Source: Sminthopsis crassicaudata (taxonomy: Eukaryota). From it: a DNA stretch of 64,000 nucleotides. The position numbers were made by a program, and so were the translations under genes. The stretch lies in NCBI RefSeq assembly GCF_048593235.1, contig NC_133622.1, positions 166,160,001-166,224,000 on the forward strand, in the 5' to 3' direction. Shown in pieces: positions 37,075-49,497 of this stretch. Below the pieces are notes generated by a model. That model was not told the DNA's origin, made no database searches, and saw only the letters and a list, made by a program, of their open reading frames with translations. Positions within the stretch are counted from its first letter, which is position 1. Every line of letters starts with the position of its first letter.

Positions 37075-40000
37075 ATTTTTATGCTTGTGTAATCTTTTTT
37101 TTTTCAATTTTGCCATATGTTGAGTTCAATTCATCCTTTATAACCATCTCTATTCCTTGTTTGAAAGTCAAGCACTCTTCTTCTTTGTGGTTGTGAACAG
37201 TATCTCCTTATCTTATATCTGATGACATCATCAGAATAATTTAACATTTAAAGTAGGCCTTGTATCTGGTTAGAGCTTGTATGGTGTATGATGTGAACTC
37301 TGCCATATTGCTGTTCAATTTTCCCATAAATTTTAATGAGAAATTTGAAACAAGTATTCCAACTTAAGTGGAGAATAAATTCTAAAGAATGTATAAGGCA
37401 AAGAATAAATCATAGAAACAATAAATAATTTTATCATAGTGTTCAAGGAGACAGTATACTAAATCACATTCCTCATAACCAAAGCAACAAGGAAAATTTA
37501 TACCTCAAAACATTTTCATTTATAAAATACAGAAAAAAATGTAATACTTCAACCCAGTTGGGCTAAGCAGGTTTTTGAGAAAAAGCCCAAAGAAATGATT
37601 CTATATGCTGTGTATATGAAGTGAGATGTGAATCCTGATTGATTGAGAAAATGTTGAGTGAGTCACAACATTGTATGACTACAGAAGGGATTTCCTTAGA
37701 TAGCTGGAGGACATTGTCTTGAGGTAGTCTTAAAAAAGATGGCTTTCTGAATGGTGGGCAGGAGATCTCCCTGGAGCTGTAGACATGTGGGGAGTTGGTT
37801 CCAAAGTGTCCCTTGACTTCCAGTCCTTGAAACATTATAGACTGCTAAGAAAGACATTCCTCTTCATCTGGACTGTTTTATCTCTCTCCCAAACTGAGAA
37901 GTTTATGGACTTGATATATTCTATTGTTTTCCAGAATTTGTGTAACTTCTCTGATGTTCATTTGCTGCCTATTTTGGTGAAGATATTCACTAACTCATTA
38001 TGATGGTTACTTGTGTAACTAGCACTTGATGGGAGAAAATTAAGTTGGCAATAATGAGCTAAGTATTACCTTTTTCTTGAGAACAATCAGGGAAATTGAC
38101 ATTTTCTTGCATTCCAAAGTATTGTACTCCCAGACTACCAATATTTGAAGTATGATAAATATATATAATCCTGTTCTAATACCCTTAGTAGCACTCCTGC
38201 CAAGGCCCTTTTCCTACTTCCCTAAAAGATAGAAATTACAGTTTACTCTGGAGACAGATTAGGCCAGTTCTGAAAACAGCTATCTTTCTACTCCATGTAT
38301 ATCCTACATAAGAGATCAATGGATCTAATATATAACTGAAAAAAAAACCCTTAAGGAATCAACTACTATAAAACTCAAATAAATAACAAATAGAAATTCT
38401 GAAAATAACACAAAATACCACTTATTTAATAAATTAAACTAGGAGTTTTTTTTCCCCAAAAGAAAAAATCCATTTATTTGTTCCACAAACATTCATTAAG
38501 CATTTTAAATTTGCACTGTGCTATGCTGAGGATATGAAGATTAAAAACTAACCAGTACCTGACTTCAAAAAGTTTAAATTCTACTGTTGTCAAGGGGAGA
38601 AATCTTATATGTAGATGTGCTCCAAGATAAGTAATAAAGAGTGGTTTGAGTAAGGAAAGATCTCTAACAACATTAGTAGTGAAGAAAGGCTTCACAGAGA
38701 AAGTAGTATGTGAGCTGAACTACAAAGTAAATATTAAGGAGTCTGAGAGATAGAGATGAGAAAGGAAGATTAATTTTTTAGCCCATTTTTCTGAAATTCA
38801 TCTCTTTGTAAAGTTGACATACCCTTCCCTCTCCTGTAGTAATATACATGGCAAATCCTCATATAAAGAAATATTGATGGTGTATTGATAAATGTTTAAC
38901 AGTTGACTCCCAGAAAAAATAGATGAAAGAAACAAGGCGTGTTTTTTAAGCACAATAAAAGGAAAAAACTATTACCTAATTTGATAAAAAAAGAAAAGCA
39001 ATATATACTTATGGAAGTATATTTAAAAGAATTTCCACTTTATACACCTTCTTTTCTGTTCTTTTTATGTTTAAACGTTTGTTTGTTGTTGATTTTAAAT
39101 TCATAATGAAAAAAAAAAGATGATTGGGCATCCCTGGCCATCAATCATATACCTTTATTCATGTATTACCTGGTTCATTTATAGTCTTTTTAGGAGAGAT
39201 GATCAGATTGAGGCAAAAGAATGAGGGTGCATAGTTGACCTGAGATTCCCCCCAATTGTTTCTTCTGTACCTGTCCTTTGTCACTTGAACATTCTGAAAT
39301 GAAATCCCAGAAATACTCCATCCTTGCCTTGATCAGTTCTGCGTGCTATCTCCCCGGAAGCTACCATATTGGATTTATTTCAGAGTACATTAAACATCAA
39401 GAGCAAGACCCCTGGAAAAAGGGAAACTCCAGGTAGTCTGTCCGACTCTCAGACTTTCAAAGAAGTGACCATTAGGTGCTCTGGCAATGTCCTCCCAGCA
39501 ATAGTATGTTGATAGGGTCTACCACACATTGAAGACAACCTAAATACACTGAGGAATCCACAGAGTCTTTCAGAGAGGTATACCTAAGGGGAATTTCCTG
39601 AGGACTCCATGAAGGAAGAAAAAGACTTTCAGTAATCAAGAACTAGATGACTTCATGCATTAGCCCCATTTGAGTCTACTTTCTCAAAGACCTTATTTGT
39701 CGATAAGGGAGAGTGTACTTCTGGTTGTTTTTTGTTTGTTTGCTTTTTTGGTAATGGGGAGGATGATATTAAATTCTTTTTCTAAAGCTAATTAAAGCTG
39801 GCTAGAAAGTTCATGAATAATGAAAAGCAAGCTTGGGCTCATGAGCTCAGTACTGGAAAAGTTCATATCCTTTGCACTCATAGATACTCATAGAATCCTC
39901 AAAGGAGAAGTATTTGTTTTGGGTGGCTAATGTATATGAGAATTGGGGAAGTAGCCCAGGAGAAGATGATGTAGCATAATGTAAATAAAGGAACAATTAA

Positions 40001-40507
40001 TAAACGTTAAAACTTAGACAAATTATTATTAAATAACCAAGTATTGGAAGTTCCCCCCCCTTTTGAGATACTTATTCTTTACTAGGCCAAATCAGTGTCT
40101 GAAGGACGTTGTTGATGGATGAAATTGCCCAAATCCCTGTGCCCACCCAACTGGAGAATTCTTGCAAAGAATTTAATCTAAAGTGAATTCAAACACATTG
40201 CATTCAACTCACTCTGGTTAGAGCAAAGATGTTTCAATTTTTGTTTAGATTGCCTTAGGCTCAAAAGCTACTAGCTGCTACATTTGTCACAAAGATTTTT
40301 CTCCAGTTGTTTCGTGCCTTTTTATTTTACATATGATGCTCTCTGTTATTTAAAAAAAAAAAAACCATTTTTTTTAGGAAATCTTCTTGAAGAGAGGCAT
40401 TTTTAAAGATTTTGTCTTTGTATCCCAAATAGCTAAAGTAACTGTTGAGTAATGCTTGTTGAATTGGGATAAATGAGAACAACTTTCTGTGATCAGTGAG
40501 AAAAACC

Positions 40508-40834
40508 TTTATTTTAAATGAGCAAGGCACTTTTAATTCAATGAAATGACATATTCTATAAAGTGTTATATTATAATCCATACAATACACCTAAACACCC
40601 ACACCAGTAAAAGAATTCCCATGAATCCCCACTTTAAATGGATTTGGATAAAATATTATTTACTTCTGAGAATATTCCAAGTTACTTATGGGAAAAATTT
40701 TAAAAGCAGTATTGTAATTGGATATGATAGCTAATGCCATTCTAATACTAAGAGTTTTATAATGCATTAGTAATTGTTTTATTTTCAAATAGTTGAAAAT
40801 CAAAAGAAAATATTAAAGACAGAGCCCTTTTATT
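40508..40834 (-). terminator. Candidate AMBN polyadenylation signals (AATAAA on the minus strand at 40829-40834, 40778-40783, 40508-40513)
   Basis: Hexamers lie about 210-530 nt past the stop codon; which one is used cannot be told from sequence. Confidence 0.45.
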
Positions 40835-41041
40835 CACTCTGGTGTGAACCACAAAGATCATTAAATCCTCTCAGTCCACAGCTATCATTAGACATTTGCA
40901 TATGTTATTTGGATATTTAATTCCATTATTGCTAATTGCCATAGCAGTAGAATAATAAATGTTCTAGACAAAAGATCTTGTATCAGACATAACTGGGAAA
41001 CATGCCCATAAATACAGAAGGTAATTGACTTTTCAAGCCTT

Positions 41042-41578
41042 TCAGGGTTCTTGGAAATGCCATATATCTTCCATCATCTGTGACTGGCGAGCCTCGGTCC
41101 CTTGCATTGATGTGTGGTGGGTATCTGGTTCCACAGTAACATCCAAAGGACCCTCCTCCAGGTTAGCCAGGGGAGTAGTTACATCAGTGCCAAAGGTATC
41201 CGTAACATCAACTGTACCCAGAGTCATCCCAGGTTCAGAGGTTGGTGGAGTGCCTTTGAGGGGTCTCTTGATCTGCCCAGCTGGACCTCTCCCCAGGTTA
41301 GAAATTCTCCCTTTAGGGAAATTCAGGATCCCTCCCTGAGCCCAGGGGAAGTCTTCTGGAAGAAAATCTGGATTCTCAATATTTTCTGGGTTGGCTTCAG
41401 CCACAGGGGAGCCTTGGGCACCTCCCTCTGCTGCACCAGGGGTTTTGTTGTTGCCAGTTGGTGAGTCATGTTCAAGAGTGAAGTCTCCTCCCATGGCTGG
41501 GTTTGGGGTTATCCCCCCAAGGCCAGATTTCATTCCTGGAAACATGGCACCATAACCCATGGGGCCACCTCTTCCTCC
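41042..41578 (-). CDS. AMBN: AMBN last coding exon (exon 13), GGRGGPMGYGAMFPG...MMEDIWHFQEP*
   Basis: ttcttttcag| acceptor; NPAMGGDFTLE, EGGAQGSP and the WHFQEP C-terminus are characteristic of AMBN; 178 codons plus stop. Confidence 0.98.
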   Translation of the reverse strand, partial: GGRGGPMGYGAMFPGMKSGLGGITPNPAMGGDFTLEHDSPTGNNKTPGAAEGGAQGSPVAEANPENIENPDFLPEDFPWAQGGILNFPKGRISNLGRGPAGQIKRPLKGTPPTSEPGMTLGTVDVTDTFGTDVTTPLANLEEGPLDVTVEPDTHHTSMQGTEARQSQMMEDIWHFQEP

Positions 41579-43443
41579 CTGAAAAGAATCAGAGGACAGA
41601 TATAACTGTATCACATTCTACCACGCCATGCCTTGACTAGTGTTCAATCTGAAGGTCTGGAAGTCCACTTGGAAGAGTGCAATAAATGTTGTATTTCAAA
41701 GTCTTGAGGTTGCTTTAGATTCTCTAATGAAGAGCTCTATAAAGCACATTTTCTACCAAACTGGATGGTACATACAACATTTACAAAAAGCCTGACAGAG
41801 ACCATTTAAAAAAAAATTGGACTGTGAGTTTATCAATATTCCTTACATCCAAGGAAGAATTCTTGTTATCAATGTAGACTGATAATTTCTCTGTCACACA
41901 AAGCATTGTTTGGGGGCACTGAGGTTAAGTGACTTGACTACTCAGCGCCCTCCAGTAGAAAATGGGTCAAAAGTGATAAAGAATATTATTAGATAGAATC
42001 AGAGTAGTCAGAGCTCAGATTTATGCACACAACCAACACTGTATATATATTTCCTATTTTTTCTTTATGATCTGAAGTTAATGGTGAAAACGAATTTAAC
42101 TTTGGACCAATAAACTCCATTTTGATTTTTAAGAAATCTCAAAAAAGTGCTATAATTTGTTGGGGAAATAGAAAGAATAACAATGTTTATGCATGAAAAA
42201 AACTTTCTCTACTCCAAATCCTAGCTATAATTAGTCATTTAGAGGTATAATATATAGCCTGATATCATTCTCTGAACCCTATCTCATGGCTCACTTAAGC
42301 AGGGGTTTCTTAATAATGAGAAAATTTTTACTCCCAGTTATTTCAGATGTTTCTTAAGAAGGAGAAGATTTTTATTGCTGAATCCTGTTAGTAAAATGCT
42401 TTGTTTTGGAAAAATACCTTGTTGATGTAGCCTCTTAGAAGAGCTAAGCATTTCCTTTGCTTTTTCTATTTTTGTTAGCATAAAAGAAACTTTAGAAAAG
42501 TTAGTTTGACCTTATACTCAAAAATACTGATTCTCTCAGTGTTGCTCTCTCACCAGTAAGATATATTTTTAACTTTAGTGATTATCTTGAAATTTAATTT
42601 TGACGGCCCACAATAATGTATTCAAATAGATTAAACCAAATAGGCTTAACAACTCAAGACAAAATTAGGTGACTTTAATTTTTTTGATTCATTGTTTTCT
42701 TTTTCTATTACATAGTAATAATAGCTAGCATTTGTATAGTTTAGAGTTCACAAAGCACTTTCATTTGATCCTGCCTAATTTGCATATGACACAAAAAAAG
42801 GATCTCTTTTCTAGCATCATATTTTCTCCATTAAACTGTGAACCTCTTGTTATCAAGGACTTGACTATTTTTTGTCTTTGTATTCCCATGGCTTAGCATA
42901 GGCCTGGCACCTAGTTGGTGCTTCAGAAATGCTTGTTGACTTGGCCTGTTGACAATCAAGATTTATCTTGCTCCTTTGGGACATTTTAACTATAGGTATC
43001 AAATCATGTAAACCGATGTTTGCAAATTGACAGGAAGACAAACTTTTTTTTTTTTTTTTTTTTTTTTGAGATTTTAAATCTTCCCCTCTTTGCTTTGAGC
43101 AGCATTGAGACAAGTATTTCCTCTGGTTATGAAGAAACTATCTGAAATCTGAGATCTTTAGGATAAAGGGTGAATCCTAGACATACATCTCTCCATAAAT
43201 CTGGAGCACATGACTGAGATATAACAACAGGATATCCAATCAAATAGCAACATAAAATCCTTTGTCAGCTTTCTTGGACATCTGGGTGAACTCTCGTGTC
43301 TGGAGGGGAAAACATAGATGCATTCCCATAGCTGCAAGTTTGAGGCTTAATAGAAATGAGAACACGGCTGACCATGGTCTGAAGTTCCAAATTGCTGACT
43401 GGACTCATCCGAATGTTGACTTAAGAAGGAGAGAATCACTCAC

Positions 43444-43488
43444 CATTATTTCTTCAGAGCTTAGCATGCCAAATCTTCCTGGGGCATT
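43444..43488 (-). CDS. AMBN: AMBN exon 12, NAPGRFGMLSSEEIM
   Basis: 45 nt; ttctttgaacag| and |gtgagt; human NAPARLGIMSSEEVA; SxE motif present. Confidence 0.96.
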
Positions 43489-44896
43489 CTGTTCAAAGAA
43501 AATAAGGAAATAATGAAACAATCTTGTCAGCTGCTCAAGGGATAGATTCTTAGTCACTGAAGAGTGAAGATTGGAAACTATTTCACTTTTGCTTGGACTT
43601 TAACATGGAAGTTGTTTAGGTAGACTAGCATAAAGAAGAAGCTCCTTGAGGGCAGGGATAAGCCTCCAACATTTTTACTTCTGTATCCCCAGTGCCTCAT
43701 CTATAGTAGCTTAATGATAAGGAAAACTGTCTGCAATGATAAGGGATCACTGTCTGGTTATTCACCTGTAATTCATTGATATAGGGAACTCCCAAATGAG
43801 GGAACTCTATTAAATGCAGGTTTACACTTTCTCTCTGGATAGAGAGCAGAGACCATTGTACAATATTATATGTTAATATTTGAGTTGATTAACTGATTTA
43901 TTTTATATAGTGGCAAATGGGAGTTGAGGAATTATTTGCTGAATGATCTTCTTGAAGAGATTAGAATCCAAAGTTAATTTTTGCATCATTGTTTCTTCAG
44001 ACTTAACTTTTTGGGTATTTCTTTGTTATTTTATTTTATTTTATTTTTTTGGGTATTTCTTAATGTAATTATTATACTTTTGTATACTTTAGTTGTATGA
44101 GTTTATATATTACTCCTTGACCAGCTGTAAGCTCCCTAAGGGGAAGAGCCATTTACTTCTCTATTTCCAGTCAAGTACACGTAGTACTGTGAAATGATTA
44201 TTTCAGTCAGTCAGTCAGTCAGTCAACATTTATTAAATACTTAGTATGTATCAGATACTGAGCTAAGTATCTAATAAATACTTAGTATATATCAGATACT
44301 GTGCTAAATATCTAATAAATACTTATTGACTGATGAGGAAAGGGGACCTTGTTTTATATAAACTTTGTAGCTTTTTCCATGTCTATCATAGTATTTTCAG
44401 AACTACCAGAGTAAAAATTCAATAATAAATGCTTGTTGAATGAGATACTATAATAATAGAAAATTTTATAAGATATAAAATAACACAATTATATACAATA
44501 ACAATGTCACATGTAATAATAGATTTTATATACATTGAAATAGTGTTATAGGTATACATATGATGCATTATATAGAAATAATACAGTTATTCAATCAAAA
44601 TTCATTTTATTACCTTAAGGTTTCTGGTGGTTTTACAGACATTATTTTATTCTAGTCTCTCAATAATCTTATAAGGAAATTACTAGAATTCCCTCTAAAT
44701 AAAACTTTTTTAAAGTTTTAAAGTGATCTGTCTAGAATCACATAGCTAGTAGGTATTTGAACCAGAATTTAAGCTTCCTAACTTCAGATCCTCTGTTTTT
44801 AGAAAAAACAGATCTTTCTACTTAACTTTGCTGATTAAGACATTCAACAACATTCAACAAATGTTGGGATGATGTCTCTAGATAATTTGTACTTAC

Positions 44897-44941
44897 CAAT
44901 TGGTTTGCTCCATAGGGCATGTAAACCATTCTTGGATAAAG
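44897..44941 (-). CDS. AMBN: AMBN exon 11, LYPRMVYMPYGANQL
   Basis: 45 nt; atctag| and |gtaagt; human LYPGMLYVPFGANQL. Confidence 0.96.
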
Positions 44942-45076
44942 CTAGATATGAACGAAATGGTTATTAGAAAAGCTTTTTTTTTCCCCCCAAGAAGAGAATG
45001 TTAAGCTGTTATGGGCAGAGGACAAAAAAAAAAAAAAAAAAACCAAACAAAACAAACCACCATCACCAAAACTTAC

Positions 45077-45136
45077 TGGGGCTTTCTCTGTTTTTTGAGT
45101 CGGTCCTTCAGAGATCAAACGTCCCATTGGAAACAT
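45077..45136 (-). CDS. AMBN: AMBN exon 10, MFPMGRLISEGPTQKTEKAP
   Basis: 60 nt; ctttctgtaaag| and |gtaagt; human IFQIARLISHGPMPQNKQSP. Confidence 0.93.
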
Positions 45137-45372
45137 CTTTACAGAAAGCAGAATAAATATTTAATGTAACAACTCTCAAAAATATTTTAAGTTATATAAA
45201 ATAAATTACCCAGGATGGAAGCATGAAAACTAGTTCCCCAAAGAAAAATAATTTTGCTTCATTGCAGACTATGAGGGATAGGGGGCCTACAATGAACATT
45301 TAAAACTCTTTACTTTCTCTCTTTCAATAAGAATATATCTTAATAAATTGTGCCATTAAAATGTGTACTTAC

Positions 45373-45411
45373 CGAATGACCCAGATGACCTGCAAAATTC
45401 AGTTCTGGTAG
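45373..45411 (-). CDS. AMBN: AMBN exon 7 (single 39-nt unit), LPELNFAGHLGHS
   Basis: 39 nt; gatgcag| and |gtaagt; similar to the human LPGVDFADPQGPS unit. Confidence 0.88.
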
Positions 45412-47518
45412 CTGCATCATAAATAAATGTTTAAATTACAGAACAGCCAAAATTCTAATTGAAGGGAATTAAGCATGCAACTACTCACTCCTGCTTTAAA
45501 ATATTACTCTTTAGAAAAATTGGAAAGTGTTCCCTATTTTCTCTAGTTTTGTCTCTTACATCTAGAATTAGAATTGGAAGGGATCCCAGAAACCATCTCA
45601 TCATATAGCCTCATTTTGAAATTGAGGAAATAGAGGTCCAGGTCTAAGAGTTACCATTTTCTTTTCTTTCTTTCTTTTTAAAAATTCTTCTTAAAAATGT
45701 TTACATTCAATTCCAAATTCTCTCCCTCCCTCCAACTCCTCCTTCACCCTTTGGCAAGAAATATGATGTCCATCTATACACATCAAATTATGTAAAACAT
45801 ATTTCTTATTAGTAATGTTGCAAAAAATTAAGAAAAATACAATTAAAAGTTATGTTATTTTTTAAGAATATTTAAAAGGCTTTTTGACCAGACCCCTAAA
45901 AATTCAACTTAATTATGCCTAGAGATAGCATGAGGCAGTGGATAAAGATCTGACCTTGGAACCAGGAAGGGCTGAGTTCAATTTCTGTCTGGGTGACTCT
46001 GAACAAGTCACTTCCCTTTGCAGTTCTCCAGCCTACTCTCTAAGATTACAAATTGCATAGAAGGCACTGACCTACATTGGTAGAAGGAATGACTTCACAT
46101 GGGAGTTCACTAAGGAATATTTTCAAAAGAGAGAATATATGGAATGTACCTTGCAACCTTTAAAGCACTACATGGATATTATCATCAAAGATGTAAATAT
46201 GATACTGAAGCTTGACCATTTTTTATTATCCTGGTCATAAAATGTGAGATTTTGGAAACGATCCTAGAACATTCACTGACTGCCACACTCTAATTTTACC
46301 AATGAGGTCCAGGGAGGTACAAGGTCACATAAGGAAATTAACAAACAGAGCCAGGAATAAAAAGATTCTTGTCTCCTGATTCCCCCTATATTTTCTAGAA
46401 GATGCTTTCAAATGACCCATTTCTTCCTTATAGTCAAATGAAGAGACCTGTGGTCTTGGGTAAGATCCTATGTAATTTTTTGGTGACAAAATTGAGCAGA
46501 GAGAACCTGGAAAGGTTTTATTGGGTTTCTCTATTGCAGTTGAGCTTCTGCTTTTGCATTCAGCTGGAGAAGTTTTTCTTGGACACTTCTGGCACTCACA
46601 TTCCATCTTCCCATTTGGGGTCAACAGGATGTAGTCTATGTCATCACCACCAGGCTCTATGTTGGTACATGATGTAGGTAAAAGAGCTCTGAACCTAGAC
46701 TGAGAACACACGTAGGCCGAGAACTTATTTCTAACATTCACTAACTGTGTGACCTTGGACAAATGACTTAGATGACTTAGCTATGTCTCTGAGCCTCAGT
46801 TTCCTCCTTCCTAAAACAGGGCTAATGATACCTTTGCTACTTGCCAAAGGAGATAATAAAGTCTATAAAGTGCTTTGCAAACTTATCACACTCTCTACAC
46901 AGTGCTGTTGATCTTGACCTAGAAGAGACTTTAGAGGTTGTCTATTTTGTATTTTCTAAAAGTAAAGACTTTAATTTCCTTTTTAAATAAAGGCTGTGGT
47001 TGCATTGGTGCAGTAAACTCCCAGGGAGGAAAATCTCTCTCGGTGCAGATTCTACTGCTGTTATTCAGGTTATTAATTGTCTAGGTAACTGCCTAGAAAA
47101 CTGAGTGAAGTGATTTACCTACAATAAGTATACAGCCAGTGAGAGTCAAAGGGAGAACTTGAACTCAGTTCTTCCTAACTCCAAGACTATTTGCTGACTC
47201 TTTCTGTGGTATGCTGCCTCTCCCAACCTGCTCCTTGACTATCAATCAGGAAATCACCTCAAAGAGGGTTAAGGGTTTGCCTGTTTCAAAAATGGCAGAA
47301 TTGGAATTAAATTTTGATTCAGATCCAGCACTTTCCTTGTTATACCATGCTACTTCTCATATAAATGGCAAGGTTTTGTTTTCATTTTGTCCAGAACTAG
47401 GATATACTTGGGGTTGGAAAGTACAACTGAGGCAATTACTCTACCAATGCAGATCAACAACTAATCTACAATTTGGAGAATTGTTGGTTATCGGTATTGT
47501 TGTCATTATTAATAGAAA

Positions 47519-48212
47519 TTCTTATCTTAGTAGTGGTCAGATAGAAATGCCCTCAGGACAAGTTGTAGTAATATTATTAATATGTAATAATTTTAAAAAG
47601 ATGTTCAGGGGTGGTTTCAAGCCATAGCAGTAATAATAGTAATAATAATAGTTATTATTATTAACAAAATAGTTTTAATCATTTTTTCTTGATGGAGTTA
47701 AGGTAAAAATGATCTCAAGACAAGCAAGACAAGAACTTTTTGAATAATAAGCAATAATAAAAAGTTCTTGTCTTGTTGAATGTAGGACAGATAGAAATGT
47801 CCCCAGGATGTCATAGTAATAGTCATAATAAATAATAAAAAATATATCTTGTTCAATGGAGATCAGATAAAAATATTCCTGGGATAATAATGACTACAAT
47901 TATTATTCTTTTTAACAAAAATAATTCTCATCTTTGAAGTTCAGCTAGAAATGAACTTGGAACAAATAATGATAATAATATTGATTATTATTAATAATAA
48001 AGAGTTCTTATTCAGTGGAGTTCAGATAGAAATAATCTTGGGACAAATAATAATAATAATAATAATAATAACAATTATTATTAGTAAAAAGTTTCTTATT
48101 CAGTGGAAATCAGATAGAAATGCTCCTGAGACAAGCAATAATAATAATAATAATAATACCAGATTCCAATTTGTTCAATGGTGTTCAAACAAAAAATGCT
48201 CTTAGGACAAGT
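47519..48212 (+). repeat. Degenerate ~80-bp-period tandem array: ~45-bp core plus AAT-rich spacers, 8-9 units
   Basis: CAGATAGAAATG-like core at 47538, 47700, 47788, 47864, 47942, 48023, 48111, 48186. Confidence 0.85.
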
Positions 48213-48279
48213 TGTTATTAGTGTAATTAAATGTCCTTCATGCAGCTTGACAACTATGACACTTTTATGAATGTTATTA

Positions 48280-49115
48280 TTATTACTATAACTATGACAC
48301 TATTATTACAACTATACACTATTATTAGTATTAATAAACTATAGTATTAATACTATTACAGTAGTAATGCACTATTATACAGTACTATAATGTTATTAGA
48401 ATTAATGTTATTACTATATATTTTTTCATATTTATAAACTATAGTTACAGCAATAATATATTACCATAATATCATTACTATGCAATACTTACTCATATTA
48501 ATATTACTACTACATTATTATTGGTATTTTAAAAAGTATTACAACATTATTACTATTACAATAGTAGGCCATGACTAAAGTAAAATTTTATAACAACACT
48601 ACAGTATTTTTAGTATTAACATTACTATTATACATTTTATTTTTAATATAAATACTTTAAATTTTGTTAGTATCATTAGGATTAATATCACTAGGATAAC
48701 TTTTATTAGTAGTTGTCTTAATATACTACTGTAATATGTCACTATTACAATAGTAGTATGTAGCTATAATTTTATTGCTATATAATACTACAATATTAAC
48801 ATTATTACTACATGCTTTGCTATTAGTATTAATATTGCTACTATACATTTGTTAATATTAGTATTAATGAACTACTACAGCATTATTATAATAGTAATGT
48901 CATTACTATAACAATACTATAGTATAATTAGTATTACTAGTACTATTATGCATTTTATTATTAATGTTAATAGTATTAATATATTATTAATTAATATGCT
49001 ACAATTGCTACATAATCCTACAATGTTCTTAGGTTAATATTACTACTATATGCTTTATTATAAGTATTGCTAATACTAATAAAATTATTGCACTTAATGT
49101 TAATACTACTACTAC
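48280..49115. repeat. Extremely AT-rich cryptic simple repeat (TAC/TAT/AAT)
   Basis: Read directly. Confidence 0.9.
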
Positions 49116-49215
49116 TAAAGTTTCACAGTTGTCAGGCTGTATGGAGGAGATATCATTTGCATACTTCAAGTTCTATGGTGGTTATTACTTAAATGAATCT
49201 CAGGGGGTTGTTTTC
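48999..49215 (+). repeat. 217-bp direct repeat, copy A (AMBN intron 6)
   Basis: 11 mismatches against 50282-50498 by manual alignment; 83-bp identical core. Confidence 0.95.
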
Positions 49216-49278
49216 CTTTGGCATGTTAGCTGCTTTTGAGAGATAGTGTTTGACTGAATAAGGAAATCATGCAATGAC

Positions 49279-49497
49279 CTCGGGTCTCCCTGCCCTGCCC
49301 AAAGGCCCCCCAGGATGCTGGCCCATTGCTCGGTCCTCTGGATGCATGTGGATCTGTCCCTGATTCAGTGAAGGCTGAAGTGCCCCGTGCTGGGCAGCGT
49401 CCGGTGCTGCACTGGGTTGGAGGAAAGTCTTCTGTCCTGGCTTTTGGGGCTGCTGGGAGGGTAGAGGAGGTGGGTGTACCGGCAGGGCATATTCATA
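49279..49497 (-). CDS. AMBN: AMBN exon 6, YEYALPVHPPPLPSQ...GRAGRPE (73 codons); internal alternative acceptor at 49452
   Basis: ttcctttgcag| acceptor; YEYxLPVHPPPLPSQ hallmark; donor GAG|gtcatt. Confidence 0.95.

Larger units (their letters stand above)
33590..37330 (-). mobile_element. Cluster of decayed antisense L1 fragments
   Basis: T-rich antisense L1 ORF2/3' UTR-type sequence; boundaries approximate. Confidence 0.6.

Noticed and set aside
41025-41464. Plus-strand ORFs of 104 and 116 aa
   Set aside because: Antisense shadows of AMBN exon 13
46600-46656. 57-nt candidate extra AMBN exon in intron 6 (AG...|GTGAGT)
   Set aside because: The phase-0 reading hits TAG at codon 7, the polypyrimidine tract is poor, and it has no similarity to AMBN exons. 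At most a cryptic poison exon, unsupported without RNA data.
47519-48212. CRISPR-like interpretation of the repeat-spacer array
   Set aside because: Mammalian intron; cores are too divergent, spacers are simple AAT runs rather than unique sequence, and there are no cas genes
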